NCBI GenBank assembly: GCA_964402785.1
Contig: CAYODQ010000003.1
Coordinates: 9,034 to 73,033 of the forward strand
Reading direction: 5' to 3'
Source: an uncultured Planctomycetia bacterium
GTDB lineage: Bacteria; Omnitrophota; Gorgyraeia; 2-02-FULL-51-18
Length of the DNA stretch: 64,000 nucleotides
Part shown: one piece after another, positions 9,245 to 19,166 of the stretch
How the letters are laid out: every line of letters begins with the position of its first letter
How positions within the stretch are numbered: the stretch's first letter is position 1
The notes under the pieces: model-generated
Seen by the model: the letters and a program-made list of their open reading frames with translations, nothing else
Told to the model about the DNA's origin: nothing
Databases searched by the model: none
Made by a program: the position numbers and the translations under genes

Positions 9245-11899
9245 TTAGTACCTTATCTTAACCATCGCCGTGCCATTGTGGCCGGTGAAGTCTTCTTTGA
9301 CTTCAAAATCGTAGTTGAGATGGACTGAGACATTGCTTTGATTATAGATCTCAAGGCCCACACCAAGGTCAACGCCATGCTGGGATGGCTTAAGACCTTT
9401 GGTATCAAAGCTTGCTCCTCCGCCTTGGAAAGAGGCGGTCGTTTGGGCGCGATCTCCGACAAAGTCATAGAGGTATTTGGCATAAACGACGGGTATCAGT
9501 TTGCCCCAGTCTTGGACAGACGCCCAAGAAAACTTCGCCCCGAGGGCAGATTGCAATAAGTCATAGTTTGCTTTTTTAACGTTTAGGTTAAAAGCGCCCG
9601 CCCCATCTTCTGTATAACCCTCAATACGGGTATGAACATAATGAAGCGAAGCCGTGGGAGTACAGGTGTATCCCTCCCTCTGAGGCATGGGATAGCCAAA
9701 ACCCACAAATCCAGAGTACTGCTGACCGTCATAATCAGCTTCGGCAATGCGGGAGGTGCTTACACCGTCGAATGTGATATGTCTCACGCCTTTATATTCA
9801 TTCCAACCAAAACCAAGGGAAGTATCCATATACCAAGGCTCGGGGTTATATCGGGCATAAAGAGTGCCTTGATAGTTCTGGATGTCGGTTTGATCGTTTG
9901 AGGCGTCTGCATCCACATCAGCCACACCCCATCCTCCGGCTAACCCCATGCGGAGATTCTCTTGAGAGAGCCCATCAAAACCAAGTAGGGTTCCTGCTAC
10001 CTGAGCATCATAACCTTGGACATTTTTTCTTTTGTCTTGTTCTAAGAAACTTCCATAACCTTTGAACCAAACATAGTTTTCCTGAGGCATATCGCCGGAC
10101 GAAACACCCGTTTGGGTTGACAGCTCATCCAGATGACTATTCAAGGCATCCACCTGGCCAAGAACCATGCTTTGACCCGCTGCCACGATGCCTGAGTCGA
10201 CTTGGGGATCGAGTGACTCGACTGCCTTCTCAAGAAGGGCTGGGTTCGTGATGGCTTGTATGTTATTGATCCCAGTGGTGAGGTCTTGATTAGCGGCACC
10301 TGAACTTAAAGCTTGAAGCGCCGCATCATAAGCAGATTGTCCTGGGCCGCTTGAGCCGATTGGCACTGGGGCAATAGCGGTCAAGCGCAGATCACCCGGG
10401 GTCGGTTCGCTGATCGTGAAAGAAACCGTTGAGCTATCGTCCGTGATCGTCGGAAGACCCGTGATATTGTCTACCGTGGAGGTGACGATATCAAAGGTTT
10501 GACCGTTTGAGATAGCCCCACTCACCGTGATATGAAACGTATTGGTGGCATTGATCGTCGCGGTTCCTGTGGCGCCATCCGATAAGACCTTACCAAAAAC
10601 CGAAGCGCTATTGATAGTGAGCCTAAAGTTACCTCCCGAGGCCAAAGTAAAAATGCCTGCATTAGCCCCATTTAAATCAATGGTGTTCGCGCCAATATCG
10701 AGGGTAGATAGATTGTTGTTTTGTATTAATGCATTGGCGAATACATTTCCACCCAATGTAGCTGTTTCTGCGACACCTGAAACGTTATTAATGCCAACAG
10801 ATGTTATGTAATTGGCATTAGTTCCGATCGTGCCATTAACGGTAGATGTTCCTTGGAGATCAACTTGCCCGGCGTTAGCCACGGTAGTCGTAATAGATCC
10901 AAAAAGGGATGCATTGTCCCTTAATCTAAACGCACCATTGGACACATCAACAATTCCCGTGTTAAAAGCGCTGCTTCCAAAATTCCCAGATAAATTCAAA
11001 GTACCACTCCCCGATACTGTGAGCTGATCGGTAAAAACGGCGCCTGTGATTTCAGGACCACCCGCCAATACATTAATAGCTGCCAAGGCAGCCGATGCGC
11101 TGCCGACATTACCCGTAATGGTGGAATTGCCTCCTTCTAAGGTTAACGTGCCCGTGCTGTCGGTGTTGGTGCTGATAGCCGCTGTAATGTTTTCGTTGGC
11201 ATCCAGACTGATGGTACCGTTTCCGGCAAAGATAACGGATGTGCCCGTAATGCTATCTGAATTAATCGTGCCTGTGCCAGTCACCGTTAGTGTGTTGGCA
11301 AATACATCTCCATTAAAAGTCGAGGCCGATCCATTGGCTCCAACATTGATGGCTCCTAACCTGGATCCGGCCGCGGAGGCTCCGACATTACCGGATATCG
11401 TGGAAGATCCTTGAAGAGTCAATGTTCCAGTGTTTGAAACCGAAGTATTCGAGATAGAGGTGGCGGCCGTTGTTGTGATATTAGCGCCTGATTCAAGGAT
11501 TAGGCTTTGATTTGCTGATTTGAATTCAAAGTCTCCATCCAGGAAGGCGTTGGCGCTCAAGGTAAGATCAGTGCCTGAAATCGTAATATCCACATCATTG
11601 ATACTGTCCGCGGCGGCTGTGCCGATGGTACCAGAGATATCGCTATCCACAATGACCAATATTTTTCCAAAGTTATTGGTGCCAGGGTTAAAAGAGACCC
11701 CCGCCGTATTCCCTATAGAGGCGTCATCATCAATAATAAGAGTATTGTTGGTGGTAAAAAGCACACCTTCGGCTACGCAGCTGGCCCCGCAGGCGGCATC
11801 GACACCATTCACGTCCTGAGGAGCGGCCAGTAAAACGGATGATGATAGAAGCTGAAAGGCGAATAAAATCGATAGAGAAAAATAAATTTTTTTGTGCAT
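9245..11899 (-). CDS. Autotransporter (type Va) with beta-helical passenger
   Basis: Signal peptide, G/T/N/S-rich repeats (GTLTLxGxSTIxGNVG), GVSSGD linker, C-terminal barrel ending in an aromatic residue. Confidence 0.9.
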   Translation of the reverse strand: MHKKIYFSLSILFAFQLLSSSVLLAAPQDVNGVDAACGASCVAEGVLFTTNNTLIIDDDASIGNTAGVSFNPGTNNFGKILVIVDSDISGTIGTAAADSINDVDITISGTDLTLSANAFLDGDFEFKSANQSLILESGANITTTAATSISNTSVSNTGTLTLQGSSTISGNVGASAAGSRLGAINVGANGSASTFNGDVFANTLTVTGTGTINSDSITGTSVIFAGNGTISLDANENITAAISTNTDSTGTLTLEGGNSTITGNVGSASAALAAINVLAGGPEITGAVFTDQLTVSGSGTLNLSGNFGSSAFNTGIVDVSNGAFRLRDNASLFGSITTTVANAGQVDLQGTSTVNGTIGTNANYITSVGINNVSGVAETATLGGNVFANALIQNNNLSTLDIGANTIDLNGANAGIFTLASGGNFRLTINSASVFGKVLSDGATGTATINATNTFHITVSGAISNGQTFDIVTSTVDNITGLPTITDDSSTVSFTISEPTPGDLRLTAIAPVPIGSSGPGQSAYDAALQALSSGAANQDLTTGINNIQAITNPALLEKAVESLDPQVDSGIVAAGQSMVLGQVDALNSHLDELSTQTGVSSGDMPQENYVWFKGYGSFLEQDKRKNVQGYDAQVAGTLLGFDGLSQENLRMGLAGGWGVADVDADASNDQTDIQNYQGTLYARYNPEPWYMDTSLGFGWNEYKGVRHITFDGVSTSRIAEADYDGQQYSGFVGFGYPMPQREGYTCTPTASLHYVHTRIEGYTEDGAGAFNLNVKKANYDLLQSALGAKFSWASVQDWGKLIPVVYAKYLYDFVGDRAQTTASFQGGGASFDTKGLKPSQHGVDLGVGLEIYNQSNVSVHLNYDFEVKEDFTGHNGTAMVKIRY

Positions 11900-12054
11900 A
11901 GGTTTTTGTCGGCTCCCTTTTTGAGCTTGATTTTAGGGTGCGGCGTGAGGCGATGACTTGGAGGAAAACGCATAAACTTTGCCAAAAACGAACTCAATGG
12001 CTTTTTTTGGCCTATTTGGTTCGCTTTAAATGAGACTCTCATGGATAATGGCAA

Positions 12055-13041
12055 TTGATGGATCTCATTCTCAGCACCGGTCAATACCGGCAAAAGGACC
12101 GCTTTGAAGCATGGCGTGAAGATTTTTGCAAACGCCTGGTAGGTTTGGATATTCGTTGTCCAGACCAAAAATTATTTGAAGCCAAAGTACGCGTGATCCC
12201 CTTAAGCCAAATTTGTCTAACAGTTGGACAAATAAACGAAACCATAAATCTTCTACGCACCAAAAAACTCATGACGGATGGCAACGATCATCTAACCCTT
12301 ATGATTTTAAAACATGGAAAGAACATGATGATTGATCAGGTCGGAAAAACCGGTGTAGCCCAGCGGGGAGGAGCGCTTATTGTTGATAATGGCCGCTCCG
12401 GGTCGCTCACCGTCTCACGCTCGGACCAAAAAAACCTCCCCAATGGAAGTCCAATCCATAATTCCTGCATCTACAGCCTGGCATTCAATAGAAATTTTGC
12501 GAGCCAATTTGCTGATCCTGGCCTGCTTACGGCCCGCGAGTTCCATCAAGACTCCCGAATTTATCCGCTTTTGGTTGGTTATATAGAGAGTTTTCTATCC
12601 TCTTTTTCTCTCAAAGATCCGCAGTCGCTCAAGGTCGTGGAAAATCATCTCGTAGATCTTTTGATGTTGATGTTAAAACCCAACCCCAAAAAATCGGAAC
12701 TAGCCCAATCCCTTGGACTACGCGCGGCCAGAGCCAACGAGATCATGCAAGCGGTCAACCGAGATTATTCGACATCCGACATCAGCGGAAAAAAAATCGC
12801 GGAGCAAATGGGTATCAGCCAGCGTTATTTGCAGATATTGATGGAAGAATCCGGAGAGACCTTTTCCAGGTATTTGCTAAAAATTCGCCTGGAAAAAGTT
12901 AGATCCATGCTGCAAAACCCGGAGCTTGGAAATGCTTCCATCAGCGATATCGCTTTTTTGTGCGGGTTTAACGATCTGTCGGCTTTTAACCGAGCGTTTA
13001 AAAGAAAATACGGACTGACTCCCAGAGACTTGCGGGGTTAA
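12055..13041 (+). CDS. AraC family transcriptional regulator
   Basis: C-terminal double HTH (IAEQMGISQRYLQ; ISDIAFLCGFNDLSAFNRAFKRKYG); divergent from the autotransporter. Confidence 0.93.
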   Translation: MMDLILSTGQYRQKDRFEAWREDFCKRLVGLDIRCPDQKLFEAKVRVIPLSQICLTVGQINETINLLRTKKLMTDGNDHLTLMILKHGKNMMIDQVGKTGVAQRGGALIVDNGRSGSLTVSRSDQKNLPNGSPIHNSCIYSLAFNRNFASQFADPGLLTAREFHQDSRIYPLLVGYIESFLSSFSLKDPQSLKVVENHLVDLLMLMLKPNPKKSELAQSLGLRAARANEIMQAVNRDYSTSDISGKKIAEQMGISQRYLQILMEESGETFSRYLLKIRLEKVRSMLQNPELGNASISDIAFLCGFNDLSAFNRAFKRKYGLTPRDLRG

Positions 13042-13135
13042 TAAAACCGAACCACATCTGGAGGAGACACGCTGGCTCAGTGAATTCATTATTACTCCAC
13101 CCAGTTTCGGATATATGCGCTATAATACCCACCTT

Positions 13136-13255
13136 ATGCATATCCCAATTGCTTTACTCATAGCGCTTTTAATGTGCGGGTGTTCGACGATGATCGATAA
13201 GGATACGAAGCTGTCGCTCAAAGGGCCCAAGGCAGAGGTTTCTCGAACCTTTTAG
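13136..13255 (+). CDS. Small lipoprotein (39 aa)
   Basis: MHIPIALLIALLMCGCSTMIDKDTKLSLKGPKAEVSRTF; lipobox-like signal; TATAAT 9 nt upstream. Confidence 0.55.
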   Translation: MHIPIALLIALLMCGCSTMIDKDTKLSLKGPKAEVSRTF

Positions 13256-13318
13256 CACACCCAAGCTCTGCTCTCGCACTTCCTTCCGTTAACCAATATC
13301 CAAATTCCAGATAATTTT

Positions 13319-13356
13319 TGAACGAAAACGACCCCCCTCGGTGTCTTGTATAGCAA
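13319..13356 (+). repeat. Dispersed 38-bp motif, copy 1
   Basis: 31/38 identical to 42851-42888. Confidence 0.75.
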
Positions 13357-13384
13357 AAGGGGGTTGTTGCAATGGCAATTCAAT

Positions 13385-13413
13385 TTGAAAATACAGCTTA
13401 TATGCTGTATACT
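13385..13413 (+). promoter_or_regulatory. TA promoter with palindromic operator
   Basis: TTGAAA-N17-TATACT, with ATACAGC-N6-GCTGTAT filling the spacer and overlapping the -10. Confidence 0.75.
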
Positions 13414-13436
13414 CGATTTAGAGTCGGGGCTCGTCA

Positions 13437-13793
13437 GTGTTTACGCTGATCGCGTACAAGGATCGCGAAGGCCGATCCCCGTTGAGAGAATATACCGAGG
13501 ATCTGCCTCGCAACCAGAAAGCCAAAATATTGGCTTATCTGGCGGTGCTCGAAGAATTTGGTTTCAGCCTTAGAAGACCCATGGCGGATAGCTTGGGAAG
13601 CAAACTTGGGCTATATGAATTAAGGCCAGGTAGGCACAGGATCCTGTATTTCTTTTATGATAGGGATACGATCGTTTTATTGCATGCATTTTTAAAACAA
13701 ACAGATGCCATTCCGCAGAGGGAACTGATTATCGCCTTGAATAGGAAGGCGGATTATTTAAAAAGAAAGGTCTCGCATGAAATCGACTGGTGA
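13437..13793 (+). CDS. RelE/ParE (HigB/Gp49-like) toxin
   Basis: GLYELR..HRILYF..IVLLHAFLKQT motif; toxin-first gene order. Confidence 0.88.
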   Translation: MFTLIAYKDREGRSPLREYTEDLPRNQKAKILAYLAVLEEFGFSLRRPMADSLGSKLGLYELRPGRHRILYFFYDRDTIVLLHAFLKQTDAIPQRELIIALNRKADYLKRKVSHEIDW

Positions 13794-14097
13794 AAGCTAC
13801 GAGGAGTTTAGAAAAAAAATAATAGGCGGGGACAAAAAATTGGAGGCTCAGATTCAGCTTGAGACCTCTAAACTTGAACTTTTGATGCATCTCGTCGAGT
13901 ACCGAGAAAAAAAAGGCCTGACTCAGAAGCAGTTGGCGGACAAGCTCGGAGTTAAACAACAGGTCGTCGCCCGGATCGAGAATGGCTCCAACATCACGCT
14001 TGAGACGCTCATCAAATTCCTCGCCGTGCTGGGTATCGTATTTAAAGTCGAAGCTGTCCCCCGTAAGCGCCGCGAGCAAATTTTGCAGTTTGTTTGA
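13777..14097 (+). CDS. HigA-like XRE HTH antitoxin
   Basis: GLTQKQLADKLGVKQQVVARIENG; overlaps the toxin gene. Confidence 0.88.
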   Translation: MKSTGESYEEFRKKIIGGDKKLEAQIQLETSKLELLMHLVEYREKKGLTQKQLADKLGVKQQVVARIENGSNITLETLIKFLAVLGIVFKVEAVPRKRREQILQFV

Positions 14098-14109
14098 TCC
14101 CTCTGCATC

Positions 14110-14146
14110 TTGAATTATAATGTACATTAATGTACACTTATGTACA
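14110..14146 (+). promoter_or_regulatory. TA promoter with three TGTACA operator cores
   Basis: TTGAAT-N17-TACACT; TGTACA at 14121, 14131 and 14141. Confidence 0.75.
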
Positions 14147-14158
14147 TAGGAGATATCT

Positions 14159-14389
14159 ATGACCAAGACGACTTTTACGGAACTGAGAAAACACGCGAAG
14201 TCATATTTTGATTCTGTGGAAAATGGCGAGACCATACAAGTCCTCCGGCACGGCAAAGTGATCGCGGAGATCGTGCCTCCCCATGAAAGCCGGGATCTTA
14301 AGCCTTGGAAAAAACCAGGCCTTAAACTGAGGCTTTCGGGGGTCTCGGGCAGTAAAATGATCATCAAAGAACGCGAGGATCGCTTTTGA
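14159..14389 (+). CDS. Phd/YefM family antitoxin
   Basis: FTELRKH..YFDSVENGETIQVLRHGKVIAEIVP. Confidence 0.9.
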   Translation: MTKTTFTELRKHAKSYFDSVENGETIQVLRHGKVIAEIVPPHESRDLKPWKKPGLKLRLSGVSGSKMIIKEREDRF

Positions 14390-14799
14390 AGTTTTATTTC
14401 GATTCATCGGCGCTGTTCAAAAGGTATGTTTTTGAAAAGGGCAGCGATGTTGTAGATAAGCTTTTTTTGGAAGCGGATTCTATCGCGGTGAGCGCCATAG
14501 CTTTACCTGAGATCATATCCACATTGTGTAGACTGCGCAGAGAAAGGAAGCTGAGTTCCGCGCAATACGCTCGGTGCAAGCAAGCGGTCATCGATGATTT
14601 TGCCGGGTTTGATATCTATCCTCTTACTCCCGAGATCATAAGATCTTCTATGGATATTTTGGAGGCTAGCGATCTGCGCTCCGCCGATGCTATCCATGTC
14701 GCCTGCGCCATCGAAGCCAGATCCGCTCGATTCATCTCGAGCGATGCTAGGCAGATCCAAACGGCCAAAGAATTGCATCTAAAAGTAGAGTCCGTATGA
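14386..14799 (+). CDS. VapC family PIN domain toxin
   Basis: YFDSSAL, PEI, LRSADAIHVA, SSD acidic motifs; 4-nt overlap with the antitoxin. Confidence 0.9.
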   Translation: MKFYFDSSALFKRYVFEKGSDVVDKLFLEADSIAVSAIALPEIISTLCRLRRERKLSSAQYARCKQAVIDDFAGFDIYPLTPEIIRSSMDILEASDLRSADAIHVACAIEARSARFISSDARQIQTAKELHLKVESV

Positions 14800-14827
14800 C
14801 CCTCTGGATAAAAAAGAAAGGCTTATC

Positions 14828-15163
14828 ATGACATTCGTCATCAAGATACTTCTCTCATCCATCATCATTTCTTACACCTCGTGGCTTGCGGGCAAGAAGC
14901 CAATGCTTGCGGGTCTTATCATCGCGCTTCCGCTTACGTCTATGCTGAGTATCTTGTTTTCGTATTCCGAGTTCAAAGATATGAACAAGATCGCGGAGTT
15001 TTCAAAGTCTATTTTTATCCTGGTGCCGCTGTCTCTGGCTTTTTTCGTCCCCTTCGTCTGCCAGCCATGGCTCAAGACAAATTTTGCGGTGACCTATCTT
15101 TTGGGTATCACCCTGCTTGTATTGGCCTATGGGGTATTTCGCCTTCTTGGCGGAGTGATATGA
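14828..15163 (+). CDS. Small 4-TM membrane protein (DUF3147-like)
   Basis: AGLIIALPLTS motif; ATGA overlap with the ATPase gene. Confidence 0.7.
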   Translation: MTFVIKILLSSIIISYTSWLAGKKPMLAGLIIALPLTSMLSILFSYSEFKDMNKIAEFSKSIFILVPLSLAFFVPFVCQPWLKTNFAVTYLLGITLLVLAYGVFRLLGGVI

Positions 15164-17820
15164 GCGATTGGCATCAACAGCAGACCGCAGAAGTTCTGGC
15201 AAAATTAAATAGCAGTCCGGCAGGCATTAGCTCCAATGAAGCTGCCGGACGCCAAGCTTTATATGGACTCAACCAACTCGTCGACCGTGGTTCAAAAAAC
15301 CCCTGGCTTATCGCGTGGGAGCAACTTACCGGAGCCATGATGATCATCTTGATCGCCGCGGCTGTTATCTCGGTGATCTTGGGGGACTTTAAGGACGCGG
15401 TGGTCATCGTCGTCATCGTCGTCCTGAATGCTGCTTTGGGTTTTAGCCAGGAATATCGCGCTGAAAAAGCCATGGCAGCGCTCAAGAAGCTAGCCGTACC
15501 CCGAGTCAAGGTTCGGCGCGATACGCAGATCGCAGAAATTTCCGCTCTAGAGTTGGTGGCGGGAGATATTGTTCTATTGGAAGCGGGCAACATTGTGCCC
15601 GCAGATTGCCGTTTCATCGAGACCATCGATTTAAAGATACAAGAATCAACGCTCACCGGCGAGTCGGACGCGGTCGAAAAAACCACCGGAGCGCTTGCCG
15701 GAGCCGATCTACCTTTGGGAGATCGTAAAAACATGGGCTACATGGGAACTTTGGTCACTTATGGCCGCGGAACGGGGATCGTCGTCGAAACCGGGATGCG
15801 CACCGAGCTTGGCCGTATTGCGGAGATGATCCAAACAGTCCAGACAGAGCTGACGCCGATGCAAAAACGCATGGAGCAATTGGGACGCGGGCTAGCACTA
15901 GCCGCCATCGGCATCGTGGTGGTGATATTTTTTGCGGGACTTCTGCGCGGTGAAAGCCTAAAGCTTATGTTCATGACGGCGATCAGCATGGCCGTTGCCG
16001 TGGTCCCGGAGGGTTTACCGGCCGTCATGACGGTGTCGCTGGCTTTTGGCGCTCAGCGGATGTTTAGGAGACATGCACTCATCCGTAAACTTCCAGCCGT
16101 CGAAACACTTGGCTCCATTACCGTGATCTGCTCAGACAAGACAGGCACACTCACTCAAAACAAGATGACGGTCACGGTGCTGGATGTTGCCGGACATCGG
16201 ATGGATCTGGCACCCACAGGCCAATGGCCTCAACTTCCCGCCGACAAAGCACATGATCTTAATTTGTTATTGGCGGCAAGTGCCTTGTGCAATGACGCGG
16301 ATCCGAACTCAGGCCACGGGGATCCCACTGAAGTGGCGCTGGTATCCGCTGCTGCATTATTGCAATTACAAAAAACAGACCTAGAAAAAATACTTCCCAG
16401 AGTCGGTGAAAAACCGTTCGACTCGAACCGCAAACGGATGACGACCGTCCATCAAATAGTGGCGCCGGCACTTTGGATTCCTGAGCTTGGCTCGGTTTCT
16501 TATCTATCCTTCACAAAAGGTTCGGTTGAAGGTTTATTGGCGAGCTCGACGCAAGTCTGGCATGCTCGAAAAGCATATGCGCTGGATAAAGCTTGGCAGG
16601 ATCGGATCACCAAAGCGCATGATGAGTTGGCTGATCGAGGTATGCGGATCTTGGGTGTGGCCTTCAAGCCATTACGATCTATTCCTGCTAAGGAGAAAAT
16701 GGATCAACTCGAAACGGAGCTTATTTTTCTGGGTATGGTGGGCATCATGGATCCGCCAAGAGTAGAAGTAAAACAAGCCGTGCAAGAATGCAAGTCGGCT
16801 GGCATACGGCCCGTCATGATCACCGGTGATCACCCGCTGACAGCCAAACACATCGCGCGCGAGCTGGGTATCTCGGCTAAAGGCCGCGTCCTCACCGGGC
16901 AAGAGTTGACGAGTCTATCGGTAGCCGAGCTAGAATCCATCTGTGATGAGATCCAGATCTATGCCCGCGTGTCACCCGAACACAAACTAAAGATCATCGA
17001 GGCCCTTCAGCATCGCGGCCACATCGTTGCCATGACAGGCGACGGCGTCAATGATGCTCCGGCCTTACGAAAAGCAAATATTGGAATTGCGATGGGCATC
17101 ACCGGAACGGATGTGTCCAAAGAAGCCTGTGACATGGTGCTCTTGGATGATAATTTTGCGAGTATTGTGGCCGCAGTCAAAGAAGGCCGTGTGATCTATG
17201 ACAATATCCGCAAATTCATCAGGTATCTTCTGACCACCAATAGCGGAGAACTGCTCGTTATGTTTGCGGCACCCATTTTCGGGATGCCTCTGCCCCTCCT
17301 GCCCATCCAAATCTTGTGGGTCAATTTGGTGTCCGATGGCATCCCAGCGCTGGCACTGAGCGTGGAGCCGGCCGAGACCGATGTCATGCGCCGTATGCCG
17401 TTCAAACCGGATGAGAATATATTCGGTCGAGGGCTTGGACGGCACATCGTATGGGTCGGCTTACTCATGGGGACAGTCTGCCTCGGAACAGGTTATGTTT
17501 ATTGGCGAGCCGGAAATCCCGCATGGCAGACGATCATATTTACCATGTTGTGCCTCTCCCAGTTGGGCCATGTCATGGCGATTCGCTCCGAACGAAGATC
17601 ACTTTTTCAAATGGGACTATTCTCGAACAAACCTCTTTTGGTGTCCGTTCTATTCACATTCGCCTTGCAGTTAGCGATCATCTACTCCCCATTTTTCCAA
17701 ACCTTGTTCAAGATCGTTCCTCTATCGTGGAAAGACTTGATGCTCTGCGTAGGTGTAAGTACGATCATTTTTATCGCTGTCGAGATTGAGAAATGGCTAC
17801 TAAGGCGAAAGTTGGTTTAG
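15160..17820 (+). CDS. Cation-transporting P-type ATPase (P2A, Ca2+-type)
   Basis: TGES, VPEGLP, DKTGTLT, MITGD, TGDGVND; start set at ATG 15160 behind a GGAG RBS. Confidence 0.95.
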   Translation: MSDWHQQQTAEVLAKLNSSPAGISSNEAAGRQALYGLNQLVDRGSKNPWLIAWEQLTGAMMIILIAAAVISVILGDFKDAVVIVVIVVLNAALGFSQEYRAEKAMAALKKLAVPRVKVRRDTQIAEISALELVAGDIVLLEAGNIVPADCRFIETIDLKIQESTLTGESDAVEKTTGALAGADLPLGDRKNMGYMGTLVTYGRGTGIVVETGMRTELGRIAEMIQTVQTELTPMQKRMEQLGRGLALAAIGIVVVIFFAGLLRGESLKLMFMTAISMAVAVVPEGLPAVMTVSLAFGAQRMFRRHALIRKLPAVETLGSITVICSDKTGTLTQNKMTVTVLDVAGHRMDLAPTGQWPQLPADKAHDLNLLLAASALCNDADPNSGHGDPTEVALVSAAALLQLQKTDLEKILPRVGEKPFDSNRKRMTTVHQIVAPALWIPELGSVSYLSFTKGSVEGLLASSTQVWHARKAYALDKAWQDRITKAHDELADRGMRILGVAFKPLRSIPAKEKMDQLETELIFLGMVGIMDPPRVEVKQAVQECKSAGIRPVMITGDHPLTAKHIARELGISAKGRVLTGQELTSLSVAELESICDEIQIYARVSPEHKLKIIEALQHRGHIVAMTGDGVNDAPALRKANIGIAMGITGTDVSKEACDMVLLDDNFASIVAAVKEGRVIYDNIRKFIRYLLTTNSGELLVMFAAPIFGMPLPLLPIQILWVNLVSDGIPALALSVEPAETDVMRRMPFKPDENIFGRGLGRHIVWVGLLMGTVCLGTGYVYWRAGNPAWQTIIFTMLCLSQLGHVMAIRSERRSLFQMGLFSNKPLLVSVLFTFALQLAIIYSPFFQTLFKIVPLSWKDLMLCVGVSTIIFIAVEIEKWLLRRKLV

Positions 17821-17823
17821 CGC

Positions 17824-18438
17824 TTACCCTTCGATGACGAATTTTTTGCGGTTGTAGTCCATGCGGGTGTTGTATCGCCCCAAAAAGGACATACCGAGAA
17901 GGCCGTCTTTATAGCTCGCTTCGTTGGGCGGGTCTTGCAAAAGGATCAAAGTTTCCACGTCCTTAGCTTCGATATGTTGCAGCTTCAGGCTCTTTAGCTT
18001 CGTATAAAAAGCAGGCACCGAGCTTCCGTCGGCGATCTGGACTTTGGTCTGATAATGAGGATCCGTGGTATCGATCCCGAGTTGATCCCCCATTTTTTTA
18101 GAGAGCATGCAAATGGACGCTCCCGTATCCACCAAAAGCGTAGCGGGAGTCTGTCCGTTTATGACACAGTCCGCCAACATTTGATTGTGGCCATCCACAA
18201 AGTTGATCGGGATCTCTGACGGGTCGGATTTTTTGACACGCAAGACACCGGATTTATCGATCGTCATCGTACCGCCGGTTGGAAAAGCGATCTCTAATTT
18301 GCCATCTTCGTCACTGACGATGCGGCCTTCCATTTTACGGCCATTGCTAAGATAGATCTGATCTGCCGAGGCAAAAGGGGTGATCTCCAGTGAGAGTAGC
18401 ATCATACAAATGAATAGAGAGCTCATATTCTTGAACAT
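17824..18438 (-). CDS. Secreted retropepsin-like aspartic protease
   Basis: LLVDTGAS and GLLGMSFL motifs; signal peptide. Confidence 0.88.
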   Translation of the reverse strand: MFKNMSSLFICMMLLSLEITPFASADQIYLSNGRKMEGRIVSDEDGKLEIAFPTGGTMTIDKSGVLRVKKSDPSEIPINFVDGHNQMLADCVINGQTPATLLVDTGASICMLSKKMGDQLGIDTTDPHYQTKVQIADGSSVPAFYTKLKSLKLQHIEAKDVETLILLQDPPNEASYKDGLLGMSFLGRYNTRMDYNRKKFVIEG

Positions 18439-18511
18439 ATAAAAAGTATATATTAGTAATTAATAGTTTACAATTATTAGCATTTATTTCATTTAAACAC
18501 CCGATCGCCCT

Positions 18512-18527
18512 CGTGACCCATATCACA
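18512..18527. promoter_or_regulatory. CRP/FNR-family binding site
   Basis: CGTGA-cccata-TCACA, 21 nt upstream of a TACCAT -10 (18549-18554). Confidence 0.6.
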
Positions 18528-18577
18528 TCGCCGTGGGTCATGATTTAGTACCATCAAATCACGGGGGGGTGATCGTA

Positions 18578-18736
18578 ATGCCTTACTTTATCCGCAAATC
18601 AAGAGGCCCCAGACCATATAAGATCTTCAAAACCAGCACAGGTGAGGTTGTGGGCTCGTCAGTGACGTTGAGGAACGCTCAAGCAAGTATACGCGCCCGA
18701 TACTGGGGCGAACACAGGAGGAAAAGCCATGGTTAA
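18578..18736 (+). CDS. Small basic hypothetical protein (52 aa)
   Basis: MPYFIRKSRGPRPYKIFKTSTGEVVGSS...; GGGGGTGAT RBS; overlaps the next ORF. Confidence 0.6.
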   Translation: MPYFIRKSRGPRPYKIFKTSTGEVVGSSVTLRNAQASIRARYWGEHRRKSHG

Positions 18737-18854
18737 AAAAGCGAAGAAAAAAGCGGTAAAAAAATCGCCAGCGAAATGCGGTTGCGGTAAGATATGCAAA
18801 TGCGGCAAGAATTGTAAATGTGGGCCTTCCTGTCCTTGTAAGCGGTGTCGTTGA
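18729..18854 (+). CDS. Metallothionein-like Lys/Cys-rich peptide (41 aa)
   Basis: MVKKAKKKAVKKSPAKCGCGKICKCGKNCKCGPSCPCKRCR; AGGAGG RBS 7 nt upstream; 9 Cys. Confidence 0.75.
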   Translation: MVKKAKKKAVKKSPAKCGCGKICKCGKNCKCGPSCPCKRCR

Positions 18855-18919
18855 CCACATAGATCGCGACCTCAAAAAAATACTCTCTCATGCTATAATC
18901 GGGCATTCATGGAGGAAGC

Positions 18920-19156
18920 ATGAGCGAAGCATCGGATAAGCACGAGCAATTCCTTAAAAAAGTGAATTTGTGGGTGGCAGTTCTCGCGGGACTGACCACA
19001 CTTATCGTCGGCGCCTACAATGTCAAAAACATCTTCTTCAAAAAAGAGCCCGAGCCTGTAAAAGTCGTCCAAAAAGACTCCTCCAGCGCCATCCGCGAAG
19101 CCGTAGAGGAAGTCGGCGCATCGTGGATCAAGGAACTAGCGGCCAAAAATAAATAA
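18920..19156 (+). CDS. Small single-TM protein
   Basis: GGAGG RBS, TATAAT upstream, one hydrophobic helix; first gene before the lgt-like gene. Confidence 0.7.
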   Translation: MSEASDKHEQFLKKVNLWVAVLAGLTTLIVGAYNVKNIFFKKEPEPVKVVQKDSSSAIREAVEEVGASWIKELAAKNK

Positions 19157-19166
19157 AAACCCGGGA

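Noticed and set aside
14881-15159. N-terminal extension of the P-type ATPase in the ORF track
   Set aside because: Overlaps the DUF3147-like gene; ATG 15160 has an RBS and translational coupling.
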